DNA of 64,000 bases from Planctomycetota bacterium (GTDB lineage: Bacteria; Planctomycetota; UBA1135; JAKEFM01), in assembly GCA_022616055.1 (NCBI GenBank), contig JAKEFM010000003.1, positions 5,091 through 69,090 on the forward strand, in the 5' to 3' direction. How positions within the stretch are numbered: the stretch's first letter is position 1; each line of letters begins with the position of its first letter. The position numbers and the translations under genes are program-made. Below, piece after piece: positions 1-9,734 of the stretch. The notes under the pieces were generated by a model. It was given only the letters and a program-made list of their open reading frames with translations. It ran no database searches and was not told the DNA's origin.

Positions 1-983
1 AAGGCGCGGGCGAGCGCCTCGAGATCGGCGAGCGTCTCGATGTGGACCGCCGCCTCCCGGAAGCGCGCCCCGTCGCGGAAACCCTTGGCGAAGTCGCAGG
101 AGAGCTTCCGCATCAGCCGGATCCCCGTGTACTCCCCGCGCAGGCGCGAGAGGTCGCGGGCGAGCCCGAGGAGGTGGTCGCGGACCTCCTCCGCGGCCGG
201 TGGGGGAGGGGCCTCCCCGGTCCGGAGGACGGCGAGGATGTCCCGGAAGATCCAGGGGGTGCCGAGCGCGCCCCGCCCGATCACGATCCCGTCGCAGCCC
301 GTCTCCCGGAACATGCGCAGCGCCTTCCCGGGGGAGTCGACGTCCCCGTTCCCGAGGACGGGGATCGGGACGGAGCGCTTCACCTCGGCGATGATCGAGA
401 GGTCGGCCCGCCCCGAGTAGAGCTGCGCGCGCGTGCGGCCGTGGACGGTGACGGCCGCGGCGCCCGCGGAGGCGACCGCGCGCGCGACATCGGGGGCGTT
501 GCGCCGCTCCTCGTCCCAGCCCGCGCGCATCTTGACCGTCACCGGGATCGAGACCGCCCGGGCCATCGCCTCGATGACGGCGGCCGCGTCGCGGGGATCC
601 TTCATGAGGGAGCACCCGGCGCCGGAGCCGGCGATCTTCGGGACCGGGCAGCCCATGTTCACGTCGACGAGGTGGAAGCCCGCCCCCTCGATCGCGCGCG
701 CCGCCTCCGCCATCTCCGCGGGGACGGTCCCGAAGACCTGGGCCGACAGGGGCTCCTCGAGGGGGCTGCGCTCGAGGAGGCTCCAGGTCTTGCCGTCGCG
801 GAAGGAGAGGGCCTTCGCGCTCACCATCTCCGTCACGGTGAGCCCCGCTCCGAACCGGCGGCAGAGCATCCGGTAGGGGAGGTTCGTCGCCCCGGCCATC
901 GGCGCGAGGGCGAGAGGAACCGGGACGGTGACGGGCCCGATCCGGAGCGGACCGGGCGCTGGGAGCGGGGAAACGAGGTCCAA
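1..983 (-). CDS. dusB: tRNA-dihydrouridine synthase B (3' end runs off the window)
   Basis: Minus-strand translation from TTG at 983: LDLVSPLPAPGPLRIGPVTVPVPLALAPMAGATNLPYRMLCRRFGAGLTVTEMVS, then NMGCP, TVKMRAGW and TVHGR Dus motifs. Absent from the ORF track because there is no stop in the window. Confidence 0.92.
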   Translation of the reverse strand, partial: MDLVSPLPAPGPLRIGPVTVPVPLALAPMAGATNLPYRMLCRRFGAGLTVTEMVSAKALSFRDGKTWSLLERSPLEEPLSAQVFGTVPAEMAEAARAIEGAGFHLVDVNMGCPVPKIAGSGAGCSLMKDPRDAAAVIEAMARAVSIPVTVKMRAGWDEERRNAPDVARAVASAGAAAVTVHGRTRAQLYSGRADLSIIAEVKRSVPIPVLGNGDVDSPGKALRMFRETGCDGIVIGRGALGTPWIFRDILAVLRTGEAPPPPAAEEVRDHLLGLARDLSRLRGEYTGIRLMRKLSCDFAKGFRDGARFREAAVHIETLADLEALARA

Positions 984-990
984 GCCGGGG

Positions 991-998
991 ACTATAGT
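991..998. promoter_or_regulatory. Palindromic -10 element (ACTATAGT) between divergent dusB and HEAT-lipoprotein genes
   Basis: TATAGT reads on both strands: 6 nt before ATG 1005 (+) and 7 nt before TTG 983 (-). No SD for either gene. Confidence 0.65.
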
Positions 999-1004
999 GG
1001 GCCG

Positions 1005-2675
1005 ATGCGCGGACGGGCGATCCTCCTCGCGGTCTCTCTCGGCGCGGCGGGATGCGGCCGGCATGAGGCGGAGCCGAAGGCCGCGCCGCCGCCGCCGAAG
1101 CCGGAGGTCCCGCGGGAGTTCGCGGTCGTCCATCGCCACCCCCGCCTCTACGAGAGGGACACGGCCGACCTCTTCTCCGCCTGGACGGAGAAGATGTCCG
1201 GGTCGGCCGGAGCCGAGGTCCTCCCGTGGGCCCGGGAGCGCCTGGCGGAGGCGGGCGTGGCGGCCCTCCCGGCGATCCGGAACGCCTTCACCCTCGCCTA
1301 CGGGAGGCCCGAGAACGCGCCGACCCTGTCGAACCTCTGCGAGGTCCTCGGCCTCATGCGTTCCCCGGAGGGCGTCGGGCCGCTGCGCGAGGCCCTCACG
1401 CATCCGAACGGAGGGGTGCGGGAGAGCGCGATGCGCTCGCTCGCCGCCATCGGCTCGCCCGAGGCGGTCGGGGATCTCGGGGTCGTCTTCGAGCAGGATC
1501 CCCTCCCCGCCCACCGTCGCGCCTGCCTCCGCGCGATGGCCGCGGCCCGGTCGCAGGACGCCGCGGGCTTCCTCCGCAGCGTCCTCGCGAACCCCGGCTT
1601 CCTCGAGTTCCACCGGGACGCGGTGGACCTCCTCGCCGCGTTCCCCGGACCCCTCGCCCGGCCGGGTTTCCGCGAGGCGCTGGCGCGGAGGGAGCGGGTG
1701 CTCCAGCTCGCCGCCGCGAAGGGCCTCGCCGTCCACGGCGACCCGGAGGCGATCGCGAAGCTCGAGGAGTTCGCCCGTTCGCCGGAGCCGGGGGAGCGGG
1801 TCGAGGCGGCCGCGGGGCTCGGCGCGGCCCGGCGCCTCGACCTCCTCGCGCCTCTCTCCCGCGACCAAATCTGGATGGTGCGCGCGGCCGTCGCCGCCGC
1901 CGTCGGGATCGCCACGGGGACGCCTCCGCAGCTCACCGCGCCCCGCCCGCCCTGGATGGCGCCTCCTCCCGCTCCCTGGCCCGAGGGGAAGGAGGCGGGC
2001 GTCGCGATCCTGCGATCGCTCCTCGGGGACGGGGAGCCGGGCGTCCGGACCGAGGCGTGTCGCCGACTCTGCGCTCTGGGGGAGCGCGACGCCCTGAAGC
2101 GCTACCTCGACGCCCTGAACTCCCCCGACGCGACGCAGGTGCGGGAGGCGCTGGAGGTCCTCGTCGAGCCGTCCATCCGTGGGGTCGAGGCGATCCCGGC
2201 GATCCTCGCGCGGCTCGGGACGACGCAGGGGGCGCAGCGGCGCCCGTACCTCCAGGCGCTGGGCCACCTGCGGGATCCGCGAGGGGCGGAGGTGCTCGCG
2301 AAGGACATGCGCGAGGCGATCGCCGTCCGGACGGACGAGGGGACCCTCGCCGACTACGCCGCCCTCATGCTCTCGAACCTCGGGGAGGCGGCGATCCCCT
2401 ACATCCAGGCGGCTCTCGCCCTGGGCCAGGACCCGGACCTGCGGCGGCGAGCCGCGAGGGCGGCCACGTTCATGCCGGTCCCGGCGGCGGGGGACCTCCT
2501 CCTCGAGGTCGCGACGCGGATCGGGGAGGACCCGACCCTGCGCGCGATCGCGATCCGGGCGGCCCCGCGTGTCGCCGGCCCGAGGGCGGCGGCCCCCCTC
2601 AAGCGCGCCCTCTACGCCGAGCCGGACCCCGCCATCCGGAACTACCTCAACTGCGTCCTTCACGATTTCTTCTGA
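1005..2675 (+). CDS. HEAT/PBS-lyase repeat lipoprotein
   Basis: True start MRGRAILLAVSLGAAGC (lipobox-like AAGC) inside ORF 42..2675; many HEAT-like repeats (VRESAMRSLAAIG, VRTEACRRL, LRRRAARAA). Confidence 0.8.
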   Translation: MRGRAILLAVSLGAAGCGRHEAEPKAAPPPPKPEVPREFAVVHRHPRLYERDTADLFSAWTEKMSGSAGAEVLPWARERLAEAGVAALPAIRNAFTLAYGRPENAPTLSNLCEVLGLMRSPEGVGPLREALTHPNGGVRESAMRSLAAIGSPEAVGDLGVVFEQDPLPAHRRACLRAMAAARSQDAAGFLRSVLANPGFLEFHRDAVDLLAAFPGPLARPGFREALARRERVLQLAAAKGLAVHGDPEAIAKLEEFARSPEPGERVEAAAGLGAARRLDLLAPLSRDQIWMVRAAVAAAVGIATGTPPQLTAPRPPWMAPPPAPWPEGKEAGVAILRSLLGDGEPGVRTEACRRLCALGERDALKRYLDALNSPDATQVREALEVLVEPSIRGVEAIPAILARLGTTQGAQRRPYLQALGHLRDPRGAEVLAKDMREAIAVRTDEGTLADYAALMLSNLGEAAIPYIQAALALGQDPDLRRRAARAATFMPVPAAGDLLLEVATRIGEDPTLRAIAIRAAPRVAGPRAAAPLKRALYAEPDPAIRNYLNCVLHDFF

Positions 2676-3261
2676 CGGGAGGGACGAAGGGGCGCCACTC
2701 CTCCGCGTCGGCGCCGAAGCGCCTCGTCTTGCGGGGGCCCGCGGCCGTCGGGTCGGGCGGCACCTCCGCGGCCGTTACGGGAAGGGGAGAGTCGAGCCCC
2801 CCGTAGCGGCGCCGCCCGTTGCGGGTCTCGTAGCCGGTCCCGGTCTCGTCCATCCAGAAGGCGGCGTTGCCGGTGCGGCCGTACTCGAGCGGCCAGGCGA
2901 GGATCACGTAGCCCGCGGCGGGAGCCGAGGCCGCGCCCTCGGGCCGGGGGCGCTGGGTCAGGCGGAAGAGATAGCCCTCCGCCTCGAGGATCCCCTCCGC
3001 CGGCGCCCGCGCGCCGCGGAGCCGGGGGACGTCGAGCGCCCCGATCGAGTCGGGCGGGCCGCCCTCCGCGCTCGCCCGCGCCTTCGCGGCGGCGGCGATC
3101 TCCGAGAGGACCTTGACCGCGGCCGCCTCCTTCCGGGCCAGGCTCTTCCCCCTCCAGCGGGGGTAGGAGACGGCCCCGAGGAGGAGGAGAATCGAGGCGG
3201 TGAGCAGCGCCTCGATCCTCGTCAAGCCGGCCGCGCGGCGGCGCCTGGGATCTCCCCGCAT
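2647..3261 (-). CDS. Type IV pilin/pseudopilin-like protein with DUF2950-like C-terminal motif
   Basis: MRGDPRRRRAAG|LTRIEALLTASILLLLGAVSYP: basic leader, G at -1, E at +5, hydrophobic helix. C-terminal GYVILAWPLEYGRTGNAAFWMDETG. Confidence 0.7.
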   Translation of the reverse strand: MRGDPRRRRAAGLTRIEALLTASILLLLGAVSYPRWRGKSLARKEAAAVKVLSEIAAAAKARASAEGGPPDSIGALDVPRLRGARAPAEGILEAEGYLFRLTQRPRPEGAASAPAAGYVILAWPLEYGRTGNAAFWMDETGTGYETRNGRRRYGGLDSPLPVTAAEVPPDPTAAGPRKTRRFGADAEEWRPFVPPVRRNREGRS

Positions 3262-3298
3262 GGACGGGCTGGGGCCGGGATTGTAGGGGAGGGGGAGG

Positions 3299-4681
3299 AT
3301 GGAGCGAGAGCCGCCTTCCCGGTTCGACCCCTCCGCGCTCGCCGCCTCCCGGCGCGGAGGCGGGGCCGAGGCGTCGGAGGTCGTCGCGCGCCTCAGGCGC
3401 GCGGGCCACGAGGCCCACCTCGCCGGCGGAGCCGTCCGCGACCTCCTCCTCGGCCGCGAGCCCGGGGACTTCGACGTCGCCACCTCCGCCCGCCCCGAGG
3501 AGGTCGCCCTCCTCTTCCCGAAGACCGTCCCGGTCGGCGTCGCGTTCGGGACGATCGCCGTGGTCGGGGAGAAGGAGACGGTGCAGGTCACGACCTTCCG
3601 GACGGACGGGAGGTACGTCGACGCCCGCCACCCCGAGAGCGTCGCCTTCGGGGACGCGCGCGGGGACGCGCTGCGGCGGGACTTCACCGTGAACGGCCTC
3701 TTCGGGGACCCCGAGAGCGGGGAGGTCCTCGACTTCGTGGAGGGGCTCGCCGACCTCCGCGCCCGGAGGATCCGCGCGATCGGCGAGCCGCTCGAGCGGT
3801 TCCGGGAGGACGCGCTGCGGATCGTGCGCCTGCCCCGCTTCGCGGCGGAGCTCGACTTCGGGCTCGATCCGGCGACGGAGGAGGCGGCGAGGGCGAGCGC
3901 CCCCCTCCTCACCCGGATCAGCGCCGAGCGGCTGCGCGACGAGATCGTGAAGGTCCTCACCTCCCCGGCCCCGGGTCGCGGGCTGCGGCTCCTCGATCGC
4001 CTCGGGATCCTCCCGGTCCTCCTCTCCGAGGTCGCCGCGATGAAGGGGGTCGCCCAGCCCCCGCAGTTCCATCCGGAGGGGGACGTCTTCGAGCACACCT
4101 GCCTCGTCCTCGACCACCTCGAGCCCCGCACGGTCGTCCTGGCCCTCGCCGCCCTCCTCCACGACGTCGGCAAGCCTCCGACGTATCGCGAGGCGGAGCG
4201 GATCCGCTTCGACGGACACGCGAAGCTCGGGGGGGAGATGGCCGCGCGGATCCTCCGGCGCCTCCGGTTCTCGAACCGGCAGGTCGAGGCGGTCGCGCGC
4301 CTCGTGGCGGACCACCTCCGGATGCCCGACGTTCCCAAGATGCGCGAGGGGCGGCGCCGCCTCTTCCTCCGGCGCCCGGACTTCGAGGACCTCCTCGCGC
4401 TCCACCGGGCCGACTGCCTCGGCTGCCACGGGGACCTCGACGTCCACCGCGGGGTGAGCGAGGCGCGCGCCCGGCTCCGGGAGGAGGAGCTGCGTCCGCC
4501 CCGCCTGCTCACGGGGGCGGACCTCCTCGCCCTCGGGTACCGTCCCGGTCCGCGGATGGGGGAGATGCTCCGCGCCCTCGAGGTCGCCCAGCTGGAGGGG
4601 GAGGTCCCGGACCGCGAGGCGGCGCTCGCCTGGGTGCGCGCGGCCTACCCTCTCAAGGGCACGGAGGGGGGCGGCCGATAG
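3299..4681 (+). CDS. cca: CCA tRNA nucleotidyltransferase / poly(A) polymerase family protein with HD domain
   Basis: GGAVRD, DFDVAT, RRDFTVNGL, RFREDALR, ISAERLRDE, FHPEGDVFEHT, LLHDVGKP. Confidence 0.9.
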   Translation: MEREPPSRFDPSALAASRRGGGAEASEVVARLRRAGHEAHLAGGAVRDLLLGREPGDFDVATSARPEEVALLFPKTVPVGVAFGTIAVVGEKETVQVTTFRTDGRYVDARHPESVAFGDARGDALRRDFTVNGLFGDPESGEVLDFVEGLADLRARRIRAIGEPLERFREDALRIVRLPRFAAELDFGLDPATEEAARASAPLLTRISAERLRDEIVKVLTSPAPGRGLRLLDRLGILPVLLSEVAAMKGVAQPPQFHPEGDVFEHTCLVLDHLEPRTVVLALAALLHDVGKPPTYREAERIRFDGHAKLGGEMAARILRRLRFSNRQVEAVARLVADHLRMPDVPKMREGRRRLFLRRPDFEDLLALHRADCLGCHGDLDVHRGVSEARARLREEELRPPRLLTGADLLALGYRPGPRMGEMLRALEVAQLEGEVPDREAALAWVRAAYPLKGTEGGGR

Positions 4682-4689
4682 GGCGACCC

Positions 4690-5145
4690 ATGTCGGGTCG
4701 CCAGGGCACCTTCGAGTCGTTTCGATCGCAGCGCGGTCCCCGCGGCGCCCGCCGTGGGCGCGAGGGACGCCCGACGCCGGCCAAGGCGGAGCTCCTGAAG
4801 CTCCTCGAGTCGGCCGAGAAGCAGGACCTCCTCGATCGCCAGCTCAAGCGGGAGATGGAGGAGTTCTTCGAGGACTCGGCGCGCCTGGCGGCGCAGGCGC
4901 TGCGCAAGCTCACCGACGCCGAGCGCAAGCGGATCGAGCAGAAGGTCGTCGGGGAGCTGCGCGAGTTCCTGGAGGAAGCGCGCCGCCGCTCGGGCGACCT
5001 CGCGGCTCGGTTGAAGGCGCACGAGGACCGCCGGCGCGGCAACGGGGGCGGAGAGGAGCGCGCCAAGGGATCCGAGGGACGGCCGGGCAACGGGGGGGGG
5101 ACCTCCCCGGAGCCGACCAAGGCCGGACGCTCCGGGCTCCCCTGA
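4690..5145 (+). CDS. Hypothetical coiled-coil protein (151 aa)
   Basis: ATG 8 nt after the cca stop; charged helical sequence (KAELLKLLESAEKQDLLDRQLKREMEEFFE) with host-like codon usage. Confidence 0.7.
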   Translation: MSGRQGTFESFRSQRGPRGARRGREGRPTPAKAELLKLLESAEKQDLLDRQLKREMEEFFEDSARLAAQALRKLTDAERKRIEQKVVGELREFLEEARRRSGDLAARLKAHEDRRRGNGGGEERAKGSEGRPGNGGGTSPEPTKAGRSGLP

Positions 5146-5161
5146 TCGCGTCCCCACGCCT

Positions 5162-6025
5162 TCAGGTCGGGGGATACCGCCGGGCGAGCGCTCGCGCGAG
5201 GGGATAGAGGAGGAGGAGCCCCAGCGCCGGCGCGAGGTAGCCGCTCGCGACGGCGATCGAAGCGTCGAGCAGGATCGTCCCCCCGAGGAGGCGGCCCACG
5301 ACCCGCTCGACCGCGCCTCTTGTCCAATCGCGGATCCGGACGAGAGGCCGCGCGAGGAGCGCGGCGAAGGCCGCTGCCGCCACCGCGCCTTCCAGGGAGC
5401 GAAGGGAGAGGGCGGGAAGGAGGAGGCTCGAGGGGGCCGCCAGGGCGAGGATCCTCGCCGCCCCGGCCCGCACGACTGTGTCCTCCATCCGCGCCAGATG
5501 AGAGACGAGGAACACGTAGAGGCCGTAGGCCGCCGCGGGGAGGAGGAGGGCTGCGCCGTAGGAGGGGGGGGCGGAGCAGGCGGCGCCGAGGAGCAGGTTG
5601 AGAGCGCGGCAGGCGCCGAGAATCGGGGGCCCCGTCCAGGCGGATCGCTTCGCGGCGAAGTCGTAGGCGAGGACGAGGAGGGAGAGGGTTCCGGCCACGC
5701 GCAGGACCTCCGGCCCCGCGCAGGCCGCCAGGAGGACGGAGGCGGCGAGGCCGGCGAGGCCGATGGCGAGCGCGAGGCGGGGGGGAAAGGCCCCGGAGGG
5801 GATCGGCCGGTCCGGACGGGCTCGCGCGTCGATCCGCCGGTCGGCGAAGTCGTTGAGCGCCATCCCCGCGTGGTAGACGCACAGCGAGGCGGCGGCTCCC
5901 AGCGCCAGGGTGCCGGCCCGGAAGGATCCTCCCGCCGCGAGGCCCGCGCAGGACCCCGCCACCACGTCGGCGAAGGCCGAGGGAGCGAGGGAGATCCGGA
6001 GGAGCCGCGCGAGCGCCTGCGCCAC
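5162..6025 (-). CDS. UbiA-family prenyltransferase (EboC-like)
   Basis: GMALNDFADRRIDARARPDRPIPSG Asp-rich motif; LGACRALNLLLG; multiple TM helices. Confidence 0.88.
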   Translation of the reverse strand: MAQALARLLRISLAPSAFADVVAGSCAGLAAGGSFRAGTLALGAAASLCVYHAGMALNDFADRRIDARARPDRPIPSGAFPPRLALAIGLAGLAASVLLAACAGPEVLRVAGTLSLLVLAYDFAAKRSAWTGPPILGACRALNLLLGAACSAPPSYGAALLLPAAAYGLYVFLVSHLARMEDTVVRAGAARILALAAPSSLLLPALSLRSLEGAVAAAAFAALLARPLVRIRDWTRGAVERVVGRLLGGTILLDASIAVASGYLAPALGLLLLYPLARALARRYPPT

Positions 6026-6029
6026 CCCT

Positions 6030-7895
6030 CTACAGGAACAACTTGTCGATGTCGTTCCAGGTGACGAACAGGACGAGGCCCCCGATGACGACCAGCCCCG
6101 CCACCTGGGCGATCGTGAGCGCCCGCTCGCTCAGGGGGGAGCCCTTCACCTTCTCGATGGCGAGGAAGAGGAGGTGCCCCCCGTCGAGGAGGGGGATCGG
6201 GAGGAGGTTGATCAGCGCGAGGTTGACGCTGAGGACGCCGAGGAAGAAGAGGAACTTCGCGAAGGAGATCTGGGTGAACCGGTAGGAGAAGCTCACGATC
6301 GAGACGATCCCCGAGAGGTTCGTCGCGGACATCTCGCGCCGCACCATGCGCCGGATGGCGAGGGCGAAGTTCTGGACCTCCCCGAACGTCGCCCTCCACC
6401 CTAGGGCGCAGGCCGAGGCGAGACCCGAGGCGCGCACGACGTGCGTCGCCGGACGCGGCTGGAGGCCGTACTCGGGCTCCGTGCGGCGCACCGGCTCGAT
6501 CCGGATCGGGTCGAGCCGCCTCCCGTCCCGCTCGACCTCGAGGCGGATCGGGTTCGATCCGGCGCGGGAGATCGCCGCGAAGATCTCCTCCCAGCGCTCG
6601 ACCGGCTTGCCGTCGATCGAGGCGATCCGGTCGCCCGGCTGGATCCCGGCCCGCTCCGCGGGGAGCCCCGGGATCGGGACGACCCGGGTTCCGTCGCTCC
6701 CGAGCGCGAGAGCCTCGATGAGGCGAGCACGCGCGCGGGGGGTCGGCGCCGGCTGCTCGACCGTGTAGCGCCCGCCTCCCTCCCGCTCGAAGGCGAGGAC
6801 GAGGGACGGGTCGGTCGAGGCGCGCGCGGCCCTCCGGTCCGGGTCCCCGGGGATCTTTCGGCCGTCGATCTCGAGGAGGCGATCCCCCTCGCGGATGGGG
6901 GCGTCGCGGAGGGGCTCGCGGACCGCCCGGACCCTCGCCAGGAAGGGGGCGATCCCGACCTGGAAGCCCTTTGTCTCGCGCTTCCGCGGCTGGACCTCGA
7001 TCTCGAGGGTCGACGGGGGAACGCCGTCCTTCCCGTCGCGGAGCACCCGCAGGCGCAGCGGCTCGCCTCCGCGGGTCGCTCGCGCGAGCTCGTCGAGGAG
7101 CCCGGAGAGGACCCCTTCCCCCGCGACGTCGTTGAGGGAGACGAGCCGGTCCCCGGACCGAAGCCCCGCGAGGAACGCCGGGCTCCCGTCCTCGACGTCG
7201 ATCCGGTGCTCCCGGTCGGCGGCGTGATTCACCTGGATCACGCGGAAGCCCTGCTCGGGATCCCATTCGGGGTAGACCTCGACGTCCTTCTCGACCTCGA
7301 CCCCCTCCTCTCCCCCGGGCACCCGCACGCGCATCCGCAGCGGCCGCCCCTCGCCGGAGTCCGCGAGGGCGACGACCGCGCGGATCTGCTCGAAGGAATA
7401 GATCGGGGTCTCGTTGATCGAGAGGATGCGGGTCCCGGGGTCGATCCCGGCCCGCCAGGCCGGCCCGCCGGGGGCGGTCTCCCCGACGAGGGGCTCGAGG
7501 AAGGGGACCCCCGCGGCGAAGAGGATCGGGAAGAGGACCAGGGTGAGGAGGGCGTTGAAGGCGATCCCGGCGAGGAAGATCGCGGCGCGCCACCGCGCCT
7601 TCTTCGAGGCGAGCTCGTCGGGAGCCCTCGTCCCCTCGCCTCCCGGCGACTCCCCGGCGAGCTTCACGTACCCGCCGAGGGGGACCGCCGAGACGCGGTA
7701 GTCCGTCGGGCCCCGCTTCCAGCCGAGGAGCCTCGGCCCGAAGCCGAGGGAGAAGGTCTCGACGCGCACCCCCGCGAGCCTCGCCACGACGTAGTGCCCG
7801 AACTCGTGGAAGAGGATCAGGAAGCTCACCCCGAAGAGGACCTCGAGGAAGCCGAGGCTGAAGACGACCTCGAAGATCGAGCGCAGGGCGCTCAC
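6030..7895 (-). CDS. rseP: Site-2 RIP metalloprotease RseP with multiple PDZ domains
   Basis: HEFGH, FSLGFGP, PLGGYVK, NLLPIPLLDGGH; repeated PA..AG..GD PDZ motifs. GTG start overlaps the dxr stop (GTGA). Confidence 0.93.
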   Translation of the reverse strand: MSALRSIFEVVFSLGFLEVLFGVSFLILFHEFGHYVVARLAGVRVETFSLGFGPRLLGWKRGPTDYRVSAVPLGGYVKLAGESPGGEGTRAPDELASKKARWRAAIFLAGIAFNALLTLVLFPILFAAGVPFLEPLVGETAPGGPAWRAGIDPGTRILSINETPIYSFEQIRAVVALADSGEGRPLRMRVRVPGGEEGVEVEKDVEVYPEWDPEQGFRVIQVNHAADREHRIDVEDGSPAFLAGLRSGDRLVSLNDVAGEGVLSGLLDELARATRGGEPLRLRVLRDGKDGVPPSTLEIEVQPRKRETKGFQVGIAPFLARVRAVREPLRDAPIREGDRLLEIDGRKIPGDPDRRAARASTDPSLVLAFEREGGGRYTVEQPAPTPRARARLIEALALGSDGTRVVPIPGLPAERAGIQPGDRIASIDGKPVERWEEIFAAISRAGSNPIRLEVERDGRRLDPIRIEPVRRTEPEYGLQPRPATHVVRASGLASACALGWRATFGEVQNFALAIRRMVRREMSATNLSGIVSIVSFSYRFTQISFAKFLFFLGVLSVNLALINLLPIPLLDGGHLLFLAIEKVKGSPLSERALTIAQVAGLVVIGGLVLFVTWNDIDKLFL

Positions 7896-9037
7896 CGCGT
7901 CCACCGCGCGGCGCGCTCCCGCGCCCAGGCGTCGGCGGCGAAGACGCCCCGGAGGGTCGGCTCGAAGGAGGGGCGGGGGGCGTCGAGGGCGGCGCGGACG
8001 CACGCGACGATGTCGGGGAAGGCGATCTCGCGCGCGAGGAACCGGTGGACGGCGACCTCGTCGGCGGCGTTGAGGATCGCGCCGGAGGGGCCCCCCTCCC
8101 GGACGCAGCGGTACCCGAGGGCGACGGAGGGGAACCGCGCGGGCTCGAGCGCCTCGAACGAGAGGCGCGCGAAGCGGGTCGGGTCGAAGGCGCTCAACCC
8201 GTTTTCGGGGCGCTCGGGGTAGGCGAGGGCGTAGTGGATGGGGATGCGCATGTCGGGGAGACCGAGCTGGGCGAGGATCGAGCCGTCGCGGAACTCGACC
8301 ATCGAGTGGACGAGGGACTGGGGGTGGAGGAGGACCTCGATCCGTTCCGGGGGGAGCGCGAAGAGGTGGTGGGCCTCGATCACCTCGAAGGCCTTGTTCA
8401 TCATCGTCGCGGAGTCGACGGTGATCCGGGGGCCCATGGACCAGGTGGGGTGGCGCAGCGCCTCCTCCGGCGTGACGGAGGCGAAGGATTCGAGCGGCGT
8501 GTCCCGGAAGGCGCCCCCCGAGGCCGTGAGATAGACGCGCCGGACCTCCCCGATCCTCTCCCCCCGGAGGCACTGGAAGATGGCGTTCGGCTCGGAGTCG
8601 ACCGGGAGGATCTCCGCGCCGGAGGCGCGCGCCAGGGGCATCAGGACCTCGCCGGCCGCGACGAGGGACTCCTTGTTCGCGAGGGCGATCCGGCTCCCCC
8701 GCTCGACGAGGGCGTGGGTCGAGGGGAGGGCGGCGGCCCCGCTGATCGCCTGCACCGCGACGTCGAACCGGGTCTCCGCGGCGAGCCGCACGGCGGCGTC
8801 GGGGCCCTCGAGGAGGCGGCAGGAGGCGGCGATCTCGCGGCGGACCGCGGCGGCCGACGGCGCCTCCTCGATCGCGACGGCCTCCGGGCGGAACCGGCGG
8901 ACCTGCTCGAGGAGCTTCGGGGCGCTTCGCCGGGCCGCCAGCGCGACGACACGGAAGGCCCCCGGGCTCCCCTCCACGATCCGCAGGGTGCTCTCGCCGA
9001 CGGACCCGGTCGACCCGAGGAGGAGGATCGACTTCAA
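7892..9037 (-). CDS. dxr: 1-deoxy-D-xylulose-5-phosphate reductoisomerase
   Basis: LLGSTGSVG, ALANKESLV, PVDSEPNA, LTASGGAF, HPTWSMG, DSATMMNK; TTG start at 9037. Confidence 0.96.
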   Translation of the reverse strand: MKSILLLGSTGSVGESTLRIVEGSPGAFRVVALAARRSAPKLLEQVRRFRPEAVAIEEAPSAAAVRREIAASCRLLEGPDAAVRLAAETRFDVAVQAISGAAALPSTHALVERGSRIALANKESLVAAGEVLMPLARASGAEILPVDSEPNAIFQCLRGERIGEVRRVYLTASGGAFRDTPLESFASVTPEEALRHPTWSMGPRITVDSATMMNKAFEVIEAHHLFALPPERIEVLLHPQSLVHSMVEFRDGSILAQLGLPDMRIPIHYALAYPERPENGLSAFDPTRFARLSFEALEPARFPSVALGYRCVREGGPSGAILNAADEVAVHRFLAREIAFPDIVACVRAALDAPRPSFEPTLRGVFAADAWARERAARWTR

Positions 9038-9200
9038 GGGAGGAACCCGCGGTGAGCCGGGGGCGGGACCGCGGAGGGGTGGGGGGCGCGGGGATTCACG
9101 GATCGCGAAGCGCGCAAGATAGCACAGGGACGGAGCGCTTCTCTCCCTCCTCGCGCCGCGTTTCCTCCGCCCCCCCACGTGGATATAAGGGGCCGCCGGG

Positions 9201-9734
9201 ATGTGGAACGACGAGCCGGTCTTCTGCCCGAAATGCGCAGGGCGGCTCCGCTCCCGCCGGGTCGAGGGGCGCGTGCGCCCCTCGTGCGCCTCCTGCACCT
9301 ACGTGTTTTTCCGCATGCCAGCCTCCGCCTCGGCCGCCGTCGTGCTCGATCGCGGGGCGGTCCTCCTCGTCAAGCGCAGGAACGAGCCCTACCGCGGCGC
9401 CTGGACCTTCCCCGCCGGCTACCAGGAGGTGGGGGAGACCCCCGCGGAGACCGCCATCCGCGAGGCGCGGGAGGAGACGGGGATCAGGGTCGCCGTGACC
9501 CGGCTCCTCGACGTCCTCTACACGAGGGACGACCCGAGGAAGCCGGGGAACCTCGCCGCCTTCCTCTGCCGGCCGAGGGGAGGGAGGCTGCGGGCCGGCG
9601 ACGACGCCGAGGAGGTCGCCTACTTCCCCCTCCGCGCGGTGCCCCGGGAGATCGGGTTCCGGAACAACCGGATCCTCCTCGAGAGGGTCCGCCGCGAGTT
9701 CGAGGCGGGGAACGGCCGGAGGCGCACCCGGTGA
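9201..9734 (+). CDS. NUDIX hydrolase with N-terminal zinc ribbon
   Basis: FCPKC...CASC zinc ribbon; Nudix box GYQEVGETPAETAIREAREETG. Confidence 0.9.
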   Translation: MWNDEPVFCPKCAGRLRSRRVEGRVRPSCASCTYVFFRMPASASAAVVLDRGAVLLVKRRNEPYRGAWTFPAGYQEVGETPAETAIREAREETGIRVAVTRLLDVLYTRDDPRKPGNLAAFLCRPRGGRLRAGDDAEEVAYFPLRAVPREIGFRNNRILLERVRREFEAGNGRRRTR

